From the NCBI GenBank assembly GCA_965209055.1, contig OZ242374.1, positions 96,001 to 160,000 of the forward strand: 64,000 bases of DNA, given 5' to 3'. Positions within the stretch are counted from its first letter, which is position 1, and each line of letters begins with the position of its first letter. Positions 11,153 to 20,474 of the stretch are shown here, piece by piece. The notes below the pieces were generated by a model. It was not told the origin of the DNA. It was given only the letters and a program-made list of their open reading frames with translations, and did not search any database. The translations under genes and the position numbers were made by a program. The DNA comes from Acidobacteriota bacterium (GTDB lineage: Bacteria; Acidobacteriota; UBA6911; RPQK01; JAJDTT01).

Positions 11153-11193
11153 TTGACATACATAGAAGTGCAATGCATTATTCTTCTATGTAT
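11153..11193 (+). promoter_or_regulatory. Sigma70-type promoter with overlapping inverted-repeat operator upstream of padR
   Basis: TTGACA (11153-11158), 17 nt, CATTAT; perfect 11-bp inverted repeat ATACATAGAAG (11158-11168) / CTTCTATGTAT (11183-11193) in an AT-rich patch. Confidence 0.65.
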
Positions 11194-11237
11194 CAAGCCA
11201 TGGACTCTGTCGCCGTCCGCGCGGGAGGCGAGGCCAA

Positions 11238-11606
11238 ATGAATTTCAGCAAGGACCTGGTGGCGGCTTCGGCGACGCCGCTGGTACTGGCGATTTTGGCC
11301 GAGGGGGACAGCTACGGTTACGCCATACTCAGGCGTGTCCGGGAGCTCTCCGGAGGGCAGTTGCAATGGACGGACGGCATGCTCTATCCGGTGCTGCACC
11401 GAATGGATCGGCTCGGCTACGTCGAGACGCGGTGGGAGACCTCCAGGAGCGGACGGAGGCGCAAGTACTATCGGATCAGCCGGCGGGGACGGACGCAACT
11501 GGAGCTCCAGCGGCGGCAGTGGCAAGTGGTGGACGCCACGCTTCGGGCCGTCTGGCACGAGAGGTCCTGGACGGCGACCTGGCAGCCGCAGGCGCAGGAG
11601 AGCTGA
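11238..11606 (+). CDS. PadR family transcriptional regulator
   Basis: LAILAEGDSYGYAI, GMLYPVLHRM, RRRKYYRIS winged-helix motifs; GGAGG RBS. Confidence 0.93.
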   Translation: MNFSKDLVAASATPLVLAILAEGDSYGYAILRRVRELSGGQLQWTDGMLYPVLHRMDRLGYVETRWETSRSGRRRKYYRISRRGRTQLELQRRQWQVVDATLRAVWHERSWTATWQPQAQES

Positions 11607-11611
11607 AGCAA

Positions 11612-12988
11612 ATGTCCGCATCCGGTCGACAACGGGAGGCTCTGGAGGGACAGATCGCGGAGTGGCGCGCCTATCTGCGCCGCCGCCGGGCCATCTTCGA
11701 CCCGGACGTGGAAGAGCTGGAGAGCCATCTGCGGGAACAGGTGAAGGAGTTGATCGACGCCGGGTTGGCGCCGGACGAAGCCTTTCTGTTGGGAGTCAAG
11801 CGGATGGGCAGCCTGGACGCTCTTTCGCGCGAGTTCGCGCGGGAGCATTCGGAGCGTCTCTGGAAACAACTGGTGCTGGTGAACGGGGAAGGCGGCGAGC
11901 CGGGCCGGGCCGGGTTTGTGGAGACGGCGGTGGCCGTCTGCGTGGCCGTGGCCGCCGCGCTGGCCGTCAAGGCGCCCGAACTCTTCGGCCACTCCCAAAT
12001 CGGCTACGGCGACGGATTCTACCCCCGGAACATCAGCCTCCTGGTCTTGCCTCTCCTCACGGGCTACTTCGTCTGGAAACGGCGCACTCTCGATCTCCGT
12101 TGCCTCTGGTTGGCGCTCCCCTTCGTCGCGGCGGCCCTCTTCATGAACCTTCTCCCCTTCAAGGCCGGCGGGCACACGGAGGTGCTCGCGGCGCTTCACC
12201 TGCCGATCGCGCTCTGGCTGGTCGTGGGAATCGCCTACGCGGGCGGACGTTGGCGCCGCGGGGGCGGGCGCATGGACTTCATCCGTTTCTCCGGCGAGTT
12301 GTTCATCTACTACGTGCTGATCGCCTTGGGCGGAGTCGTGCTGACGGGCTTCACCGGGGTCATGTTCAAATCCATCGGCCTCGATGTGGAGGGGCTGGCC
12401 GAGAAGTGGCTGCTGCCCTGCGGCGCCGCGGGGGCCGTCATCATCGGGGCCTGGCTGGTGGAGGCCAAGCAGAGCGTCATCGAAAACATGGCGCCCGTCC
12501 TGACGCGTCTGTTCACCCCCCTGTTCACCCTGGTCCTGCTGGCCTTTCTGGCGACCATGGCCTGGACCGGCAGCGGCATCGACGTGGAGCGGGAAGTGCT
12601 GATCGGTTTCGATTTGCTGCTGGCGCTGGTGCTGGGCCTGTTGCTCTATGCCGTGTCGGCACGTGACCCGAAGACGCCGCCGGATGCCTTCGACGTGCTG
12701 CAATTCGTGCTGGTGGTCAGCGCTCTGATCGTCGACCTTCTGGCTCTGGCGGCCATCGCGACTCGCATCTCCGAGTTCGGATTCAGCCCCAACCGGGTGG
12801 CGGCGCTGGGCGAGAACCTGATTTTGCTGGTCAATCTGGCGTGGTCGGCCTGGATCTACGGGCGCTTCCTGGTCGGACGCGGTTCGTTCCTCGCTCTGGA
12901 GCGCTGGCAGACGGCGTATCTTCCGGTCTATGCGGTCTGGGCCGGTTTCGTGGCGGTCGGCTTCCCGCCGCTGTTCGATTACGCCTGA
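11612..12988 (+). CDS. Permease-prefix-domain multi-pass membrane protein
   Basis: N-terminal DVEELESHLRE..GLAPDEAF..RMG prefix domain, then about 10 TM helices; SEFGFSPNRVAALG; directly follows padR. Confidence 0.75.
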   Translation: MSASGRQREALEGQIAEWRAYLRRRRAIFDPDVEELESHLREQVKELIDAGLAPDEAFLLGVKRMGSLDALSREFAREHSERLWKQLVLVNGEGGEPGRAGFVETAVAVCVAVAAALAVKAPELFGHSQIGYGDGFYPRNISLLVLPLLTGYFVWKRRTLDLRCLWLALPFVAAALFMNLLPFKAGGHTEVLAALHLPIALWLVVGIAYAGGRWRRGGGRMDFIRFSGELFIYYVLIALGGVVLTGFTGVMFKSIGLDVEGLAEKWLLPCGAAGAVIIGAWLVEAKQSVIENMAPVLTRLFTPLFTLVLLAFLATMAWTGSGIDVEREVLIGFDLLLALVLGLLLYAVSARDPKTPPDAFDVLQFVLVVSALIVDLLALAAIATRISEFGFSPNRVAALGENLILLVNLAWSAWIYGRFLVGRGSFLALERWQTAYLPVYAVWAGFVAVGFPPLFDYA

Positions 12989-13001
12989 GTCCGACCCTCC
13001 C

Positions 13002-14417
13002 TCAATCCCCGGCTCCCGCGCCTTGGTTTTGCCACCAGCGGAACTCGTTGCTTCCGATCTCGGCCACGGCCGCCACGTCCAGATCCTGGTCCCCATCCAA
13101 ATCGGCCATGATGACCATATTGGCGCGGGGCCAGGAAGTCTTCAGGGAGTGGGCGGGCCACTTCGACCGGGGGTTCCCGGGATTCTCGAGCCAGACGACC
13201 TGCCCTGCGGGGCCCCACGCCGTGGCCGCCACGTCCGGGTCGCCGTCGCCGTCCAGATCGCCCGCCACCGCCTCGAAGGCGCCGGGAAGAGGTTCCAGGA
13301 TGGTGTGCCGGGGCCACGGGCCGTCGCCGGGGGTGCCGTCGTTTTCGTACCAGACGACTCCGGACCGGTCCTCCGCGCCCGGCCGCACGCCCATGCCCAG
13401 GGCCAGAACCAGATCCGGATCGCCGTCACCATCCATGTCGACCGGATTCCCGTGCGCGGGTCGGACAGGGTCGTCTATGAGGTGACGCTTCCAGGGCCGG
13501 GATACCGGATCGCCGCTGTTTTCGTACCAGAGGACCAGCCCGTCGGCGGCCGCCGTTCCCATGAGGTCTTCGTCGCCGTCGCCGTCCACGTCGGCCACCC
13601 GGATGCAACGGGTCTCGGCAACGTTGGCGTCAATCAAGTGCTTGGGCCACTCCTGCCCCTCTTCATAACAGAGTTGAGTCGGCGGACCATTGCACAGCGT
13701 CCCCGGGTTCTCGAACCAGGCAAACTGGTTCCCCATCCTCCAGGAGGAGGCGGCGACGTCCGGATCGCCGTCGCCGTCCAGGTCCGAGACCGCGACGTTG
13801 TAGGCGCCGGCCAGCCGCGTGGTGATGACGTGCCGCTTCCACAGTTCCGGGGTGTCGTGTGTTCCGGGATTCTGGAACCAGAGGAGGTGACCGTACAGAT
13901 TCTTGACGATCACGACATCGGGGTGGGTGTCCTGGTTGACGTCGCTCACCATGTGCCGCTCCAGCCGCTCCGGATCGTCCTTCTGGATGAAGCGGCGCGT
14001 GAAGGTGCCGGAACCGTCATTTCGGAACCAGTAGAGGTTGTTGGCGGGAGTGTAATCCGCACTGGTCAGGTCCAGGTCTCCGTCCTTGTCCAGATCGGCG
14101 GCCCAGATGCCGTAGGGATAGGCGTAGCCGTCCATGATCAGGTGCTCGGTGAAGCGAACCGGACCCGGGTCAGGGGTGGAAACCCTCCCCGGCGGGGCGT
14201 CCGCGGGAACCTGGTCGGTCTGGCACCCCGCCAGGACGCCGGACAAGAGCAACAGGCACCCGATCCGGGGCCGGCTCGCAGCAACGCTCCTGAATGCGCG
14301 AATTTGAGTTGGAACGGATCTCACGACGTGGCCTCCCAGGTTGGTCCGCGGGGAAGTTCGCCACGGACAGTCTGGCCAGGATAATGCCCAGCCGCGGCAA
14401 TACCAAATTCGGGTCAA
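13002..14417 (-). CDS. FG-GAP/VCBS repeat beta-propeller lipoprotein (true start probably near 14325)
   Basis: Seven D[LVM][DN]xDxxxD[LV] calcium-blade repeats, each followed by a W[FYL][ERQ]N-like motif; lipobox LAGC. Confidence 0.85.
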   Translation of the reverse strand: MTRIWYCRGWALSWPDCPWRTSPRTNLGGHVVRSVPTQIRAFRSVAASRPRIGCLLLLSGVLAGCQTDQVPADAPPGRVSTPDPGPVRFTEHLIMDGYAYPYGIWAADLDKDGDLDLTSADYTPANNLYWFRNDGSGTFTRRFIQKDDPERLERHMVSDVNQDTHPDVVIVKNLYGHLLWFQNPGTHDTPELWKRHVITTRLAGAYNVAVSDLDGDGDPDVAASSWRMGNQFAWFENPGTLCNGPPTQLCYEEGQEWPKHLIDANVAETRCIRVADVDGDGDEDLMGTAAADGLVLWYENSGDPVSRPWKRHLIDDPVRPAHGNPVDMDGDGDPDLVLALGMGVRPGAEDRSGVVWYENDGTPGDGPWPRHTILEPLPGAFEAVAGDLDGDGDPDVAATAWGPAGQVVWLENPGNPRSKWPAHSLKTSWPRANMVIMADLDGDQDLDVAAVAEIGSNEFRWWQNQGAGAGD

Positions 14418-14530
14418 CGAGGCTCCCGGGAGACGTCATGTGTCAATGTCCCTTGAGAAACCCACGCAACCGGCGGTACGAAATTCGCCGGCCAAGCTGT
14501 TTGGAGCGAATTGTGAACCGGGAATGGCTT

Positions 14531-14540
14531 TGCTATGATT
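14531..14540 (+). promoter_or_regulatory. Putative extended -10 promoter element (TGcTATGAT)
   Basis: TGCTATGATT about 67 nt upstream of the STAS gene; the identical 10-mer occurs at 20241-20250. Confidence 0.4.
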
Positions 14541-14606
14541 CCGTGCGGTTACGTTGTCCCCGGGCAGAAGCGAATATCCGGCCCATATCTTCAGGGAGTC
14601 TATTTG

Positions 14607-14945
14607 ATGGAGGTTCACGCGGAGCGGGAAGGTGGCGCCTTGATCGCCCGGGCCGAGGGCCGTATCGATGGCGCCAACGCGCGTGAATTCGAGAATGCCC
14701 TGCATGCGGCGCTCGGCAAGGATGACAGTATGTTGATCCTGGATCTGCAGTCTCTCTCCTACATCAGCAGCGCGGGTCTTCGGGTCATTTTGATGGCTGC
14801 AAAAATTCTCCAGGGGCGGGGCGGAAAGTTCGTGGTCTGTTCGCTCTCGGAATCAATCGACGAGGTGTTTGAGATCAGTGGTTTCAACCGGATCATCCCG
14901 ACCCATGAGACCCGTTCCGATGCACTCGCCGCCCTTGGCGAGTAG
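14607..14945 (+). CDS. STAS-domain anti-sigma factor antagonist (RsbV/SpoIIAA-like), copy 1
   Basis: GRIDGANA, LDLQSLSYISSAGLR (phosphoacceptor Ser), VFEISGF; GGGAG RBS. Confidence 0.92.
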   Translation: MEVHAEREGGALIARAEGRIDGANAREFENALHAALGKDDSMLILDLQSLSYISSAGLRVILMAAKILQGRGGKFVVCSLSESIDEVFEISGFNRIIPTHETRSDALAALGE

Positions 14946-15138
14946 GCAGTCCCCAAGTACCCTTGATTGGGGGGCGCATCCGTCAGACAGGTGGCGACAA
15001 CGTCGCATCATGAGAATTTCTGGCCCCCAATGGCGGCCAATGCCGGGAAACGGACGTAATTGCTGCGACCGGCTCCCGGCGTAGTGTATGGATTTTCGGA
15101 AAGAGTAGGCTTGCGCCGGAGTCTACGGGAGACATGAA

Positions 15139-16329
15139 GTGGGAACGAATGATTTGGACCTGATGAACCGTCCGTGCAAGATCCTGGTGGTGGACGACGA
15201 ACCGGATCTTGAGCCGCTCATGCTTCAGCGTATGCGGCGGCCAATACGCTCCGGCCGGTACACTTTCGTGTTTGCCCGAAACGGTGTCGAAGCTCTCGAA
15301 CGGCTGAACGAGGAGCAGGACATCGACATGGTGCTGTCAGACATCAACATGCCCCAAATGGATGGGCTCACGTTGTTGCAGCAGATCCCCAAGGTCGATC
15401 CCAACATCCGTTCCGTCATCATTTCGGCGTACGGTGACATGAAGAATATCCGGACGGCGATGAACCGGGGAGCGTTTGACTTCGTCACCAAGCCGCTGGA
15501 TTTCAAAGACCTTCGAATCACCATCGACCGGACGGTCCAGCACATGATGGAGTGGCGCGAGGCCCTGGCTTCGCGGGACAAGCTGGTCGCGTTGCAGAAC
15601 GAACTCAATGTCGCCAACCAGATGCAGCAATCCATCCTTCCCAGTCAGTTCCCCAAGGGCACCGACTACGAAGTGTCCGCCAGCATGGAGGCGGCTCGCA
15701 ATGTGGGCGGAGATTTTTACGATGTCATCCACCTCCACGAAGGCCGGATCGGTCTGGCCATTGCGGACGTTTCGGACAAGGGAGTGCCTGCCGCGCTCTT
15801 CATGATGTCCAGCCGGACTCTGCTCAAGGGCGCCGCCATCGGCACTCTGGATCCGGGCCGGGTCCTGAGGGAGGTCAATAACCTGCTTGACGAGGACAAC
15901 GACGCCGCCATGTTCGTCACCCTCCTGTACGCGGTGTACGATCCGGCCAGCGGAGAACTGACCTACGCCAACGGCGGACACAACTCCCCGCTGGTCGTCC
16001 ATGCCGACGGACGCTCCTCTCTGCTTCCTCTCACTCATGGGATCGCCCTGGGTGTGATTCCCGACCTCGATTTCCACGAAAACACCGTGGTCCTTTCACC
16101 CGGAGACACCGTGGTTTTCTACACCGACGGCGTCACCGAGGCCATGGACGACGACGGCGAAGAGTTCGGTACGGAACGTCTGTTCGAGATCTTTGCGGAT
16201 GGGCCCCCGAAAGATTCCGAGGAGGCCAACAACGCGGTCTTCGAGGCGGTCAGGGACTTCGTCGGGGATACTCCTCAATCGGACGACATCACCTGCATGG
16301 TGCTCTATCGAAGGGAGAGCGATCGTTGA
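15139..16329 (+). CDS. Response-regulator receiver fused to SpoIIE/PP2C phosphatase (RsbU/RsbY-like)
   Basis: ILVVDDE, SDINMPQMDG, DFVTKP receiver motifs; VGGDFYD, IADVSDKG, NGGHN, YTDGVTE, SDDIT PP2C motifs. Confidence 0.93.
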   Translation: MGTNDLDLMNRPCKILVVDDEPDLEPLMLQRMRRPIRSGRYTFVFARNGVEALERLNEEQDIDMVLSDINMPQMDGLTLLQQIPKVDPNIRSVIISAYGDMKNIRTAMNRGAFDFVTKPLDFKDLRITIDRTVQHMMEWREALASRDKLVALQNELNVANQMQQSILPSQFPKGTDYEVSASMEAARNVGGDFYDVIHLHEGRIGLAIADVSDKGVPAALFMMSSRTLLKGAAIGTLDPGRVLREVNNLLDEDNDAAMFVTLLYAVYDPASGELTYANGGHNSPLVVHADGRSSLLPLTHGIALGVIPDLDFHENTVVLSPGDTVVFYTDGVTEAMDDDGEEFGTERLFEIFADGPPKDSEEANNAVFEAVRDFVGDTPQSDDITCMVLYRRESDR

Positions 16330-16745
16330 GCCGGAAGCTGGCCCTGAAGATTGCACCCAGGGCCGAAGAATTGGATACGATCACAGCCGCCGTGGAAGAA
16401 TTCGGCGACGCCGAGAAATGGCCGCCGCAACTCGTCTTTCGAGTCAATCTGGTGCTCGAGGAGTTGGGACTCAACATCATCAACCACGGCAGGACCGACG
16501 ATCTCCATGAGATCGAGATCACTTTGACCTCGGAACCGGGATCGCTCACCATCGAGATCGTGGACAATGGCCTTCCCTTCGATCCGTTGGAGGATGCGCC
16601 CTCGCCCGATCTGGACTCCGGAGTCGCAGACCGTGCCGTGGGCGGTCTGGGTGTCTACCTGGTGCGCACCATGATGGACGAGATGCACTATCGCCGCGAC
16701 GGAGGTAGAAACTACCTGACCCTGGTCAAAGAGTTGGCCGAGTGA
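16326..16745 (+). CDS. Anti-sigma factor / serine kinase (RsbW-like HATPase), copy 1
   Basis: LEELGLNIINHG, DNGLPFDP, GGLGVYLVRTMMDEMHY; TTG start overlaps the PP2C stop. Confidence 0.9.
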   Translation: MSRKLALKIAPRAEELDTITAAVEEFGDAEKWPPQLVFRVNLVLEELGLNIINHGRTDDLHEIEITLTSEPGSLTIEIVDNGLPFDPLEDAPSPDLDSGVADRAVGGLGVYLVRTMMDEMHYRRDGGRNYLTLVKELAE

Positions 16746-16924
16746 CGCCGGGATCCGCCATGGAGGCGCGCTCCAACTCCTCCCGGCTCCAAGCGCGCCA
16801 CGCCGGCGCGGCGGGTGGAACGGACGGCAACGTTCGCCATAGCCTGACGTTGGCAGTTCCAGGCTCCCAACCCCCGGTGCTGTCAAACACGCGAGCGATC
16901 TGATCGGTCGCCTATGGGTTCGCG

Positions 16925-17812
16925 ATGGACAGGGCCGCTGCCATGGAGACGCCGTCCGGCAAAGCTGCGGCGGATGAGAACTTCCCCGTCGGCTCCTGGT
17001 TGTTGCCGGCGGACCTGAGACCTCATATTGCAACCTTCTATGCCTATGCCCGGGCGATCGACGATATTGCCGACAACCCCGACCTGGATCCGGGAGACAA
17101 GATCGAGCGACTGGACGGCTTCGCCCGAGCGGTGAGGGGCGCCGAAACAGGTGATCCGGCTTTTGGCAAAGCTCACGCCGTCCGCCGCAGTCTGGAGATC
17201 ACGCAGGTCACCCATCGGCATTGTGTCGATCTGACGCGCGCCTTCATACAGGACGCGACCAAACTGCGGTATGCCGACTGGAACGATCTCATCGGTTACT
17301 GTGATCTTTCGGCAGCGCCCGTGGGGCGCTACCTGGTCGACCTTCATGGCGAATCGAAGGCCGCGTATCCCGCCTGCGACGCCCTTTGCAACGCGCTCCA
17401 GGTGCTCAACCACCTGCAGGACTGCGGACCTGACTACCGTTCGTTGAACCGGGTCTATCTTCCTCAGAACTGGATGGCGGCGGCCGGGGCCGGTGTCGAG
17501 GCGCTGGGACGCAGGCGTTCGACTCCGGCGCTCAGGCGAGTATTGAATCGGTGCCTCGATGCAACCGAGACGTTGTTGGAGTCGGCGGATCGCCTGCCGG
17601 ACCGGTTTCGCAACCTTCGTTTCGCCATGGAAACGGCCGTGATCGTAGCCATCGCCCGGAAGCTCAGCAGGGAGTTGCGCCGGCGGGACCCTTTGGCCGA
17701 ACGGGTCGTGCTGACCAAGGTTCAGTACGCGGCCTGCTTTTGGCGTGGAATCGGCCGGACCTTGCTCGTGAGGGTCCGGCGTCGGCGCACCGAAGCCGAA
17801 CAAGTAACATGA
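16925..17812 (+). CDS. hpnC: Hydroxysqualene synthase HpnC
   Basis: ENFPVGS, YARAIDDIAD, SAAPVGR, ALQVLNHLQD, RVYLP motifs. Confidence 0.92.
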   Translation: MDRAAAMETPSGKAAADENFPVGSWLLPADLRPHIATFYAYARAIDDIADNPDLDPGDKIERLDGFARAVRGAETGDPAFGKAHAVRRSLEITQVTHRHCVDLTRAFIQDATKLRYADWNDLIGYCDLSAAPVGRYLVDLHGESKAAYPACDALCNALQVLNHLQDCGPDYRSLNRVYLPQNWMAAAGAGVEALGRRRSTPALRRVLNRCLDATETLLESADRLPDRFRNLRFAMETAVIVAIARKLSRELRRRDPLAERVVLTKVQYAACFWRGIGRTLLVRVRRRRTEAEQVT

Positions 17813-17860
17813 TCGTCGTGTTTCCGATGAAGAAATGCGGGCTGGAGGGCCGACGTCGCA

Positions 17861-18793
17861 GTGGTTGTGCGACATGAAGGTTTCCGCCGCGGGAAGGCTG
17901 ACAACGTGAGGACGGTATCTCGATCGCAAGCCGGACCGGGAAGCCGGCCCGGCGGTCGGATCAATCCCGCGGATCACGTGAATCGTGTCGTAGCGCGTTC
18001 GGGCACGTCGTTCCTGTGGGGCATGAGAGCGCTTTCGGCGGAGCGGCGCCGTGCAATCTACGCCATCTATGCGTTCTGCCGGGAAGTCGACGACATTGCC
18101 GACGAACCGGGCGAAGACGCCGACAAGAGGCGAGCGCTGGCGGCATGGAGGCAAGAGATCGACCGGCTCTATGCGGGGGAGCCGAATTGGCCGACCACGA
18201 GGGCTCTGTTGAAACCGGTGCGCCGTTACAACTTGCCGCAAGAGGAATTCCTGGCGGTGATCGAGGGTATGGAAATCGATGCCGGGCCCACCGTGCGGAT
18301 GCAGAACCTGGATGATTTGTTGCACTATTGCCGCAAGGTCGCGGGAGCTGTCGGCAGGCTGTCCATCCATGCTTTCGGCGTGCCGCGCAACCCCGGATTT
18401 CAAATCGCCGAGACGCTGGGGAACGCTTTGCAACTGACGAATATCCTTCGTGACCTGAAGGCGGATGCGGCGCTGCATCGGCTCTACGTGCCACAGGAGT
18501 TGCTGAGCAAGCACGGCGTCGCCGCCACGTCGTTGAACGCAACCCTGAGTCATCCAGGCTTCAGCGCAGCCTGCGCCGAACTGGCCGGTCTCGCTCGAGG
18601 TTACTACGCCGAAACCGAAAGACTGATCGCCGAATTCGGATGGCGGAGGATTCGCCCTGCCGTTCTCATGATGGCGGTGTACCGGGAATTGCTCGATCGC
18701 CTGGAAGAGCGGGGATGGACGCGGCTCGACGTCGGCATCCGGCTGACGCGGTTCCGGAAGCTGCTGCTCGCTCTGCGTTACGGACTGTGCTGA
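17861..18793 (+). CDS. hpnD: Presqualene diphosphate synthase HpnD (start may be near 17906)
   Basis: SGTSFLWGM, YAFCREVDDIAD, VAGAVG, LQLTNILRD, RLYVP motifs. Confidence 0.92.
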   Translation: MVVRHEGFRRGKADNVRTVSRSQAGPGSRPGGRINPADHVNRVVARSGTSFLWGMRALSAERRRAIYAIYAFCREVDDIADEPGEDADKRRALAAWRQEIDRLYAGEPNWPTTRALLKPVRRYNLPQEEFLAVIEGMEIDAGPTVRMQNLDDLLHYCRKVAGAVGRLSIHAFGVPRNPGFQIAETLGNALQLTNILRDLKADAALHRLYVPQELLSKHGVAATSLNATLSHPGFSAACAELAGLARGYYAETERLIAEFGWRRIRPAVLMMAVYRELLDRLEERGWTRLDVGIRLTRFRKLLLALRYGLC

Positions 18794-18805
18794 CGGAGGT
18801 TCACC

Positions 18806-20083
18806 GTGCCCCGAACCCACGTCATCGGCGCCGGTTTGGCGGGTCTCGCCACCGCGGTGTCGCTGGTGCGGCGGGGCCGGGACGTGACGCTCTACGAAGC
18901 GGGCGGCCATGCGGGAGGCCGCTGCCGCTCCTACGCCGATGCCAAGCTTGAGCGCACGATAGACAACGGCAACCATCTGCTGCTGAGCGGCAACCGCGCC
19001 GCGATGCGCTACCTGGCTGACATCGAGGCCGCCGACTCCCTGATCGGCCCGGCTTCCGCCTGCTTTCCGTTCCTGGATTTGCGCACGGGTCAAAGGTGGC
19101 TGCTGCGGCCGAATGCCGGACGACTCCCGTGGTGGATCCTGAAGTCCGGGCGGCGGGTGCCGGACACAAGGGTCTGGAATTACTTTTCGGCGCTGCGGTT
19201 CGTCACGGCGGGTGCCGACGCGACCGTGACCGACTGCGTCGGAGGAACCGGCGTTCTCTTCGAGAGATTCTGGAAACCGCTGGCGGTCGGTGCATTGAAT
19301 ACGCCGGCTCGATCCGGGGCGGCGAGGCTCCTGTGGTCCGTTTTGCGTGAGACATTCGCCCGAGGGGAGGCGGCCTGCCGGCCGCGGATCGCCAAGACAG
19401 GACTCTCCGCCGCCTTCGTGGACCCGGCCCTGAAGTTCCTTCACCAAAGGGGCGCGACGGTTCGGTTCGGCCGCCGATTACGCAGGATCAGCTACCGGGG
19501 CCGCCGCGCGAACGGTCTGGACTTCGGCTCCGAAAGAATACGATTGCGGGAAGGCGGGTCCGTGGTACTGGCTGTTCCTCCTCTGGCTGCGGCGGAGCTG
19601 GTGCCGGGGTTGTCCGTCCCCGGCGAAACCCACGCCATCGTCAACGCTCATTTCCGGTTGTCCAAACCGGCCGGAATGCCGCCGGAGCTTCCTCTCCTCG
19701 GACTGATCGGGGGAACCGCGCAGTGGCTCTTCATTCGCGGCGACGTGGCTTCCGTCACCGTCAGCGCAGCGGACGCACTGGCAGGCGAGCCGGCAGAAGT
19801 CATTGCCCGCAGGAGTTGGAACGACGTTGCGGCGGCGTTGGGCCAGGAGCGCGAAAGGATACCCCGCTGCCGCGTCGTCAAGGAAAAGCGCGCCACGTTC
19901 GCGCAGACGCCCGGCCAGGTGAGGCGGCGTCCCTCGACCGGAAGCGAGTTCGCCAACCTGTTGCTGGCCGGGGATTGGATCGACACGGGTCTGCCCGCAA
20001 CCATCGAGAGCGCAGTTCGTTCCGGTCAGATGGCGGCTCGCGTCATAGCGGGATCCGGGACGCCTGGTGCGGAGCGCCCGTAG
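18806..20083 (+). CDS. hpnE: Hydroxysqualene dehydroxylase HpnE (FAD-dependent)
   Basis: GAGLAGL, GGRCRS, IDNGNHLLLSGN, EKRATF, AGDWIDTGLPATIESAVRSG. Confidence 0.92.
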   Translation: MPRTHVIGAGLAGLATAVSLVRRGRDVTLYEAGGHAGGRCRSYADAKLERTIDNGNHLLLSGNRAAMRYLADIEAADSLIGPASACFPFLDLRTGQRWLLRPNAGRLPWWILKSGRRVPDTRVWNYFSALRFVTAGADATVTDCVGGTGVLFERFWKPLAVGALNTPARSGAARLLWSVLRETFARGEAACRPRIAKTGLSAAFVDPALKFLHQRGATVRFGRRLRRISYRGRRANGLDFGSERIRLREGGSVVLAVPPLAAAELVPGLSVPGETHAIVNAHFRLSKPAGMPPELPLLGLIGGTAQWLFIRGDVASVTVSAADALAGEPAEVIARRSWNDVAAALGQERERIPRCRVVKEKRATFAQTPGQVRRRPSTGSEFANLLLAGDWIDTGLPATIESAVRSGQMAARVIAGSGTPGAERP

Positions 20084-20240
20084 CCGGTTGACGGGTTCGA
20101 TCAGACTCCCGGACCCTGGATCAATGACCGGAATGCGACAACGCGCATGGGGCCGGAAACCGCCGGTTGATCAATCCTGCGGCCGGGATATTTGATCCGG
20201 CAGCGGCCTTCCTGAAAATGGGAGGGGGGTCGTTACTGTG

Positions 20241-20250
20241 TGCTATGATT
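20241..20250 (+). promoter_or_regulatory. Putative extended -10 promoter element upstream of the oxygenase/export operon
   Basis: TGCTATGATT, identical to 14531-14540, within a 390-bp intergenic region. Confidence 0.35.
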
Positions 20251-20474
20251 TGTTGCTGACTCGGTCCAGGGAATTGGATCGAGCATAAAACCCTTTACGG
20301 CGGGCACTTTCGGCGCATCCGCATGTGATTGGCTGGCACGCGCGGCGCATTGATCGGGCCTGGAGATTCACCGTCGAATCTGGAATGGCCTTCGACCGGG
20401 ACAGTTCTCCGGACGGAGCGTCCTGAAGATCCGCTGCTGTCCATCAGTCAGGCAGACTGTCAGGAGATCGACGA

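Noticed and set aside
11021-11611. N-terminal extension of the 655-aa ORF overlapping padR
   Set aside because: Alternative-frame read-through; the permease-prefix homology begins at ATG 11612.
13002-14150. Recurrent tcgccgtcgccgtcca-like DNA repeats suggesting an array
   Set aside because: They are the coding DxDGDGD FG-GAP repeats; no constant-length repeat-spacer structure and no cas genes.
16883-19447. 854-aa minus-strand ORF across hpnCDE
   Set aside because: Antisense shadow with no recognisable motifs; the plus strand carries three clear genes.
20100-20215. Imperfect GC-rich hairpins after hpnE (also at 16746-16810 and 38870-38940)
   Set aside because: No U-tract or recognisable RNA family; such stems are expected by chance at this GC content.
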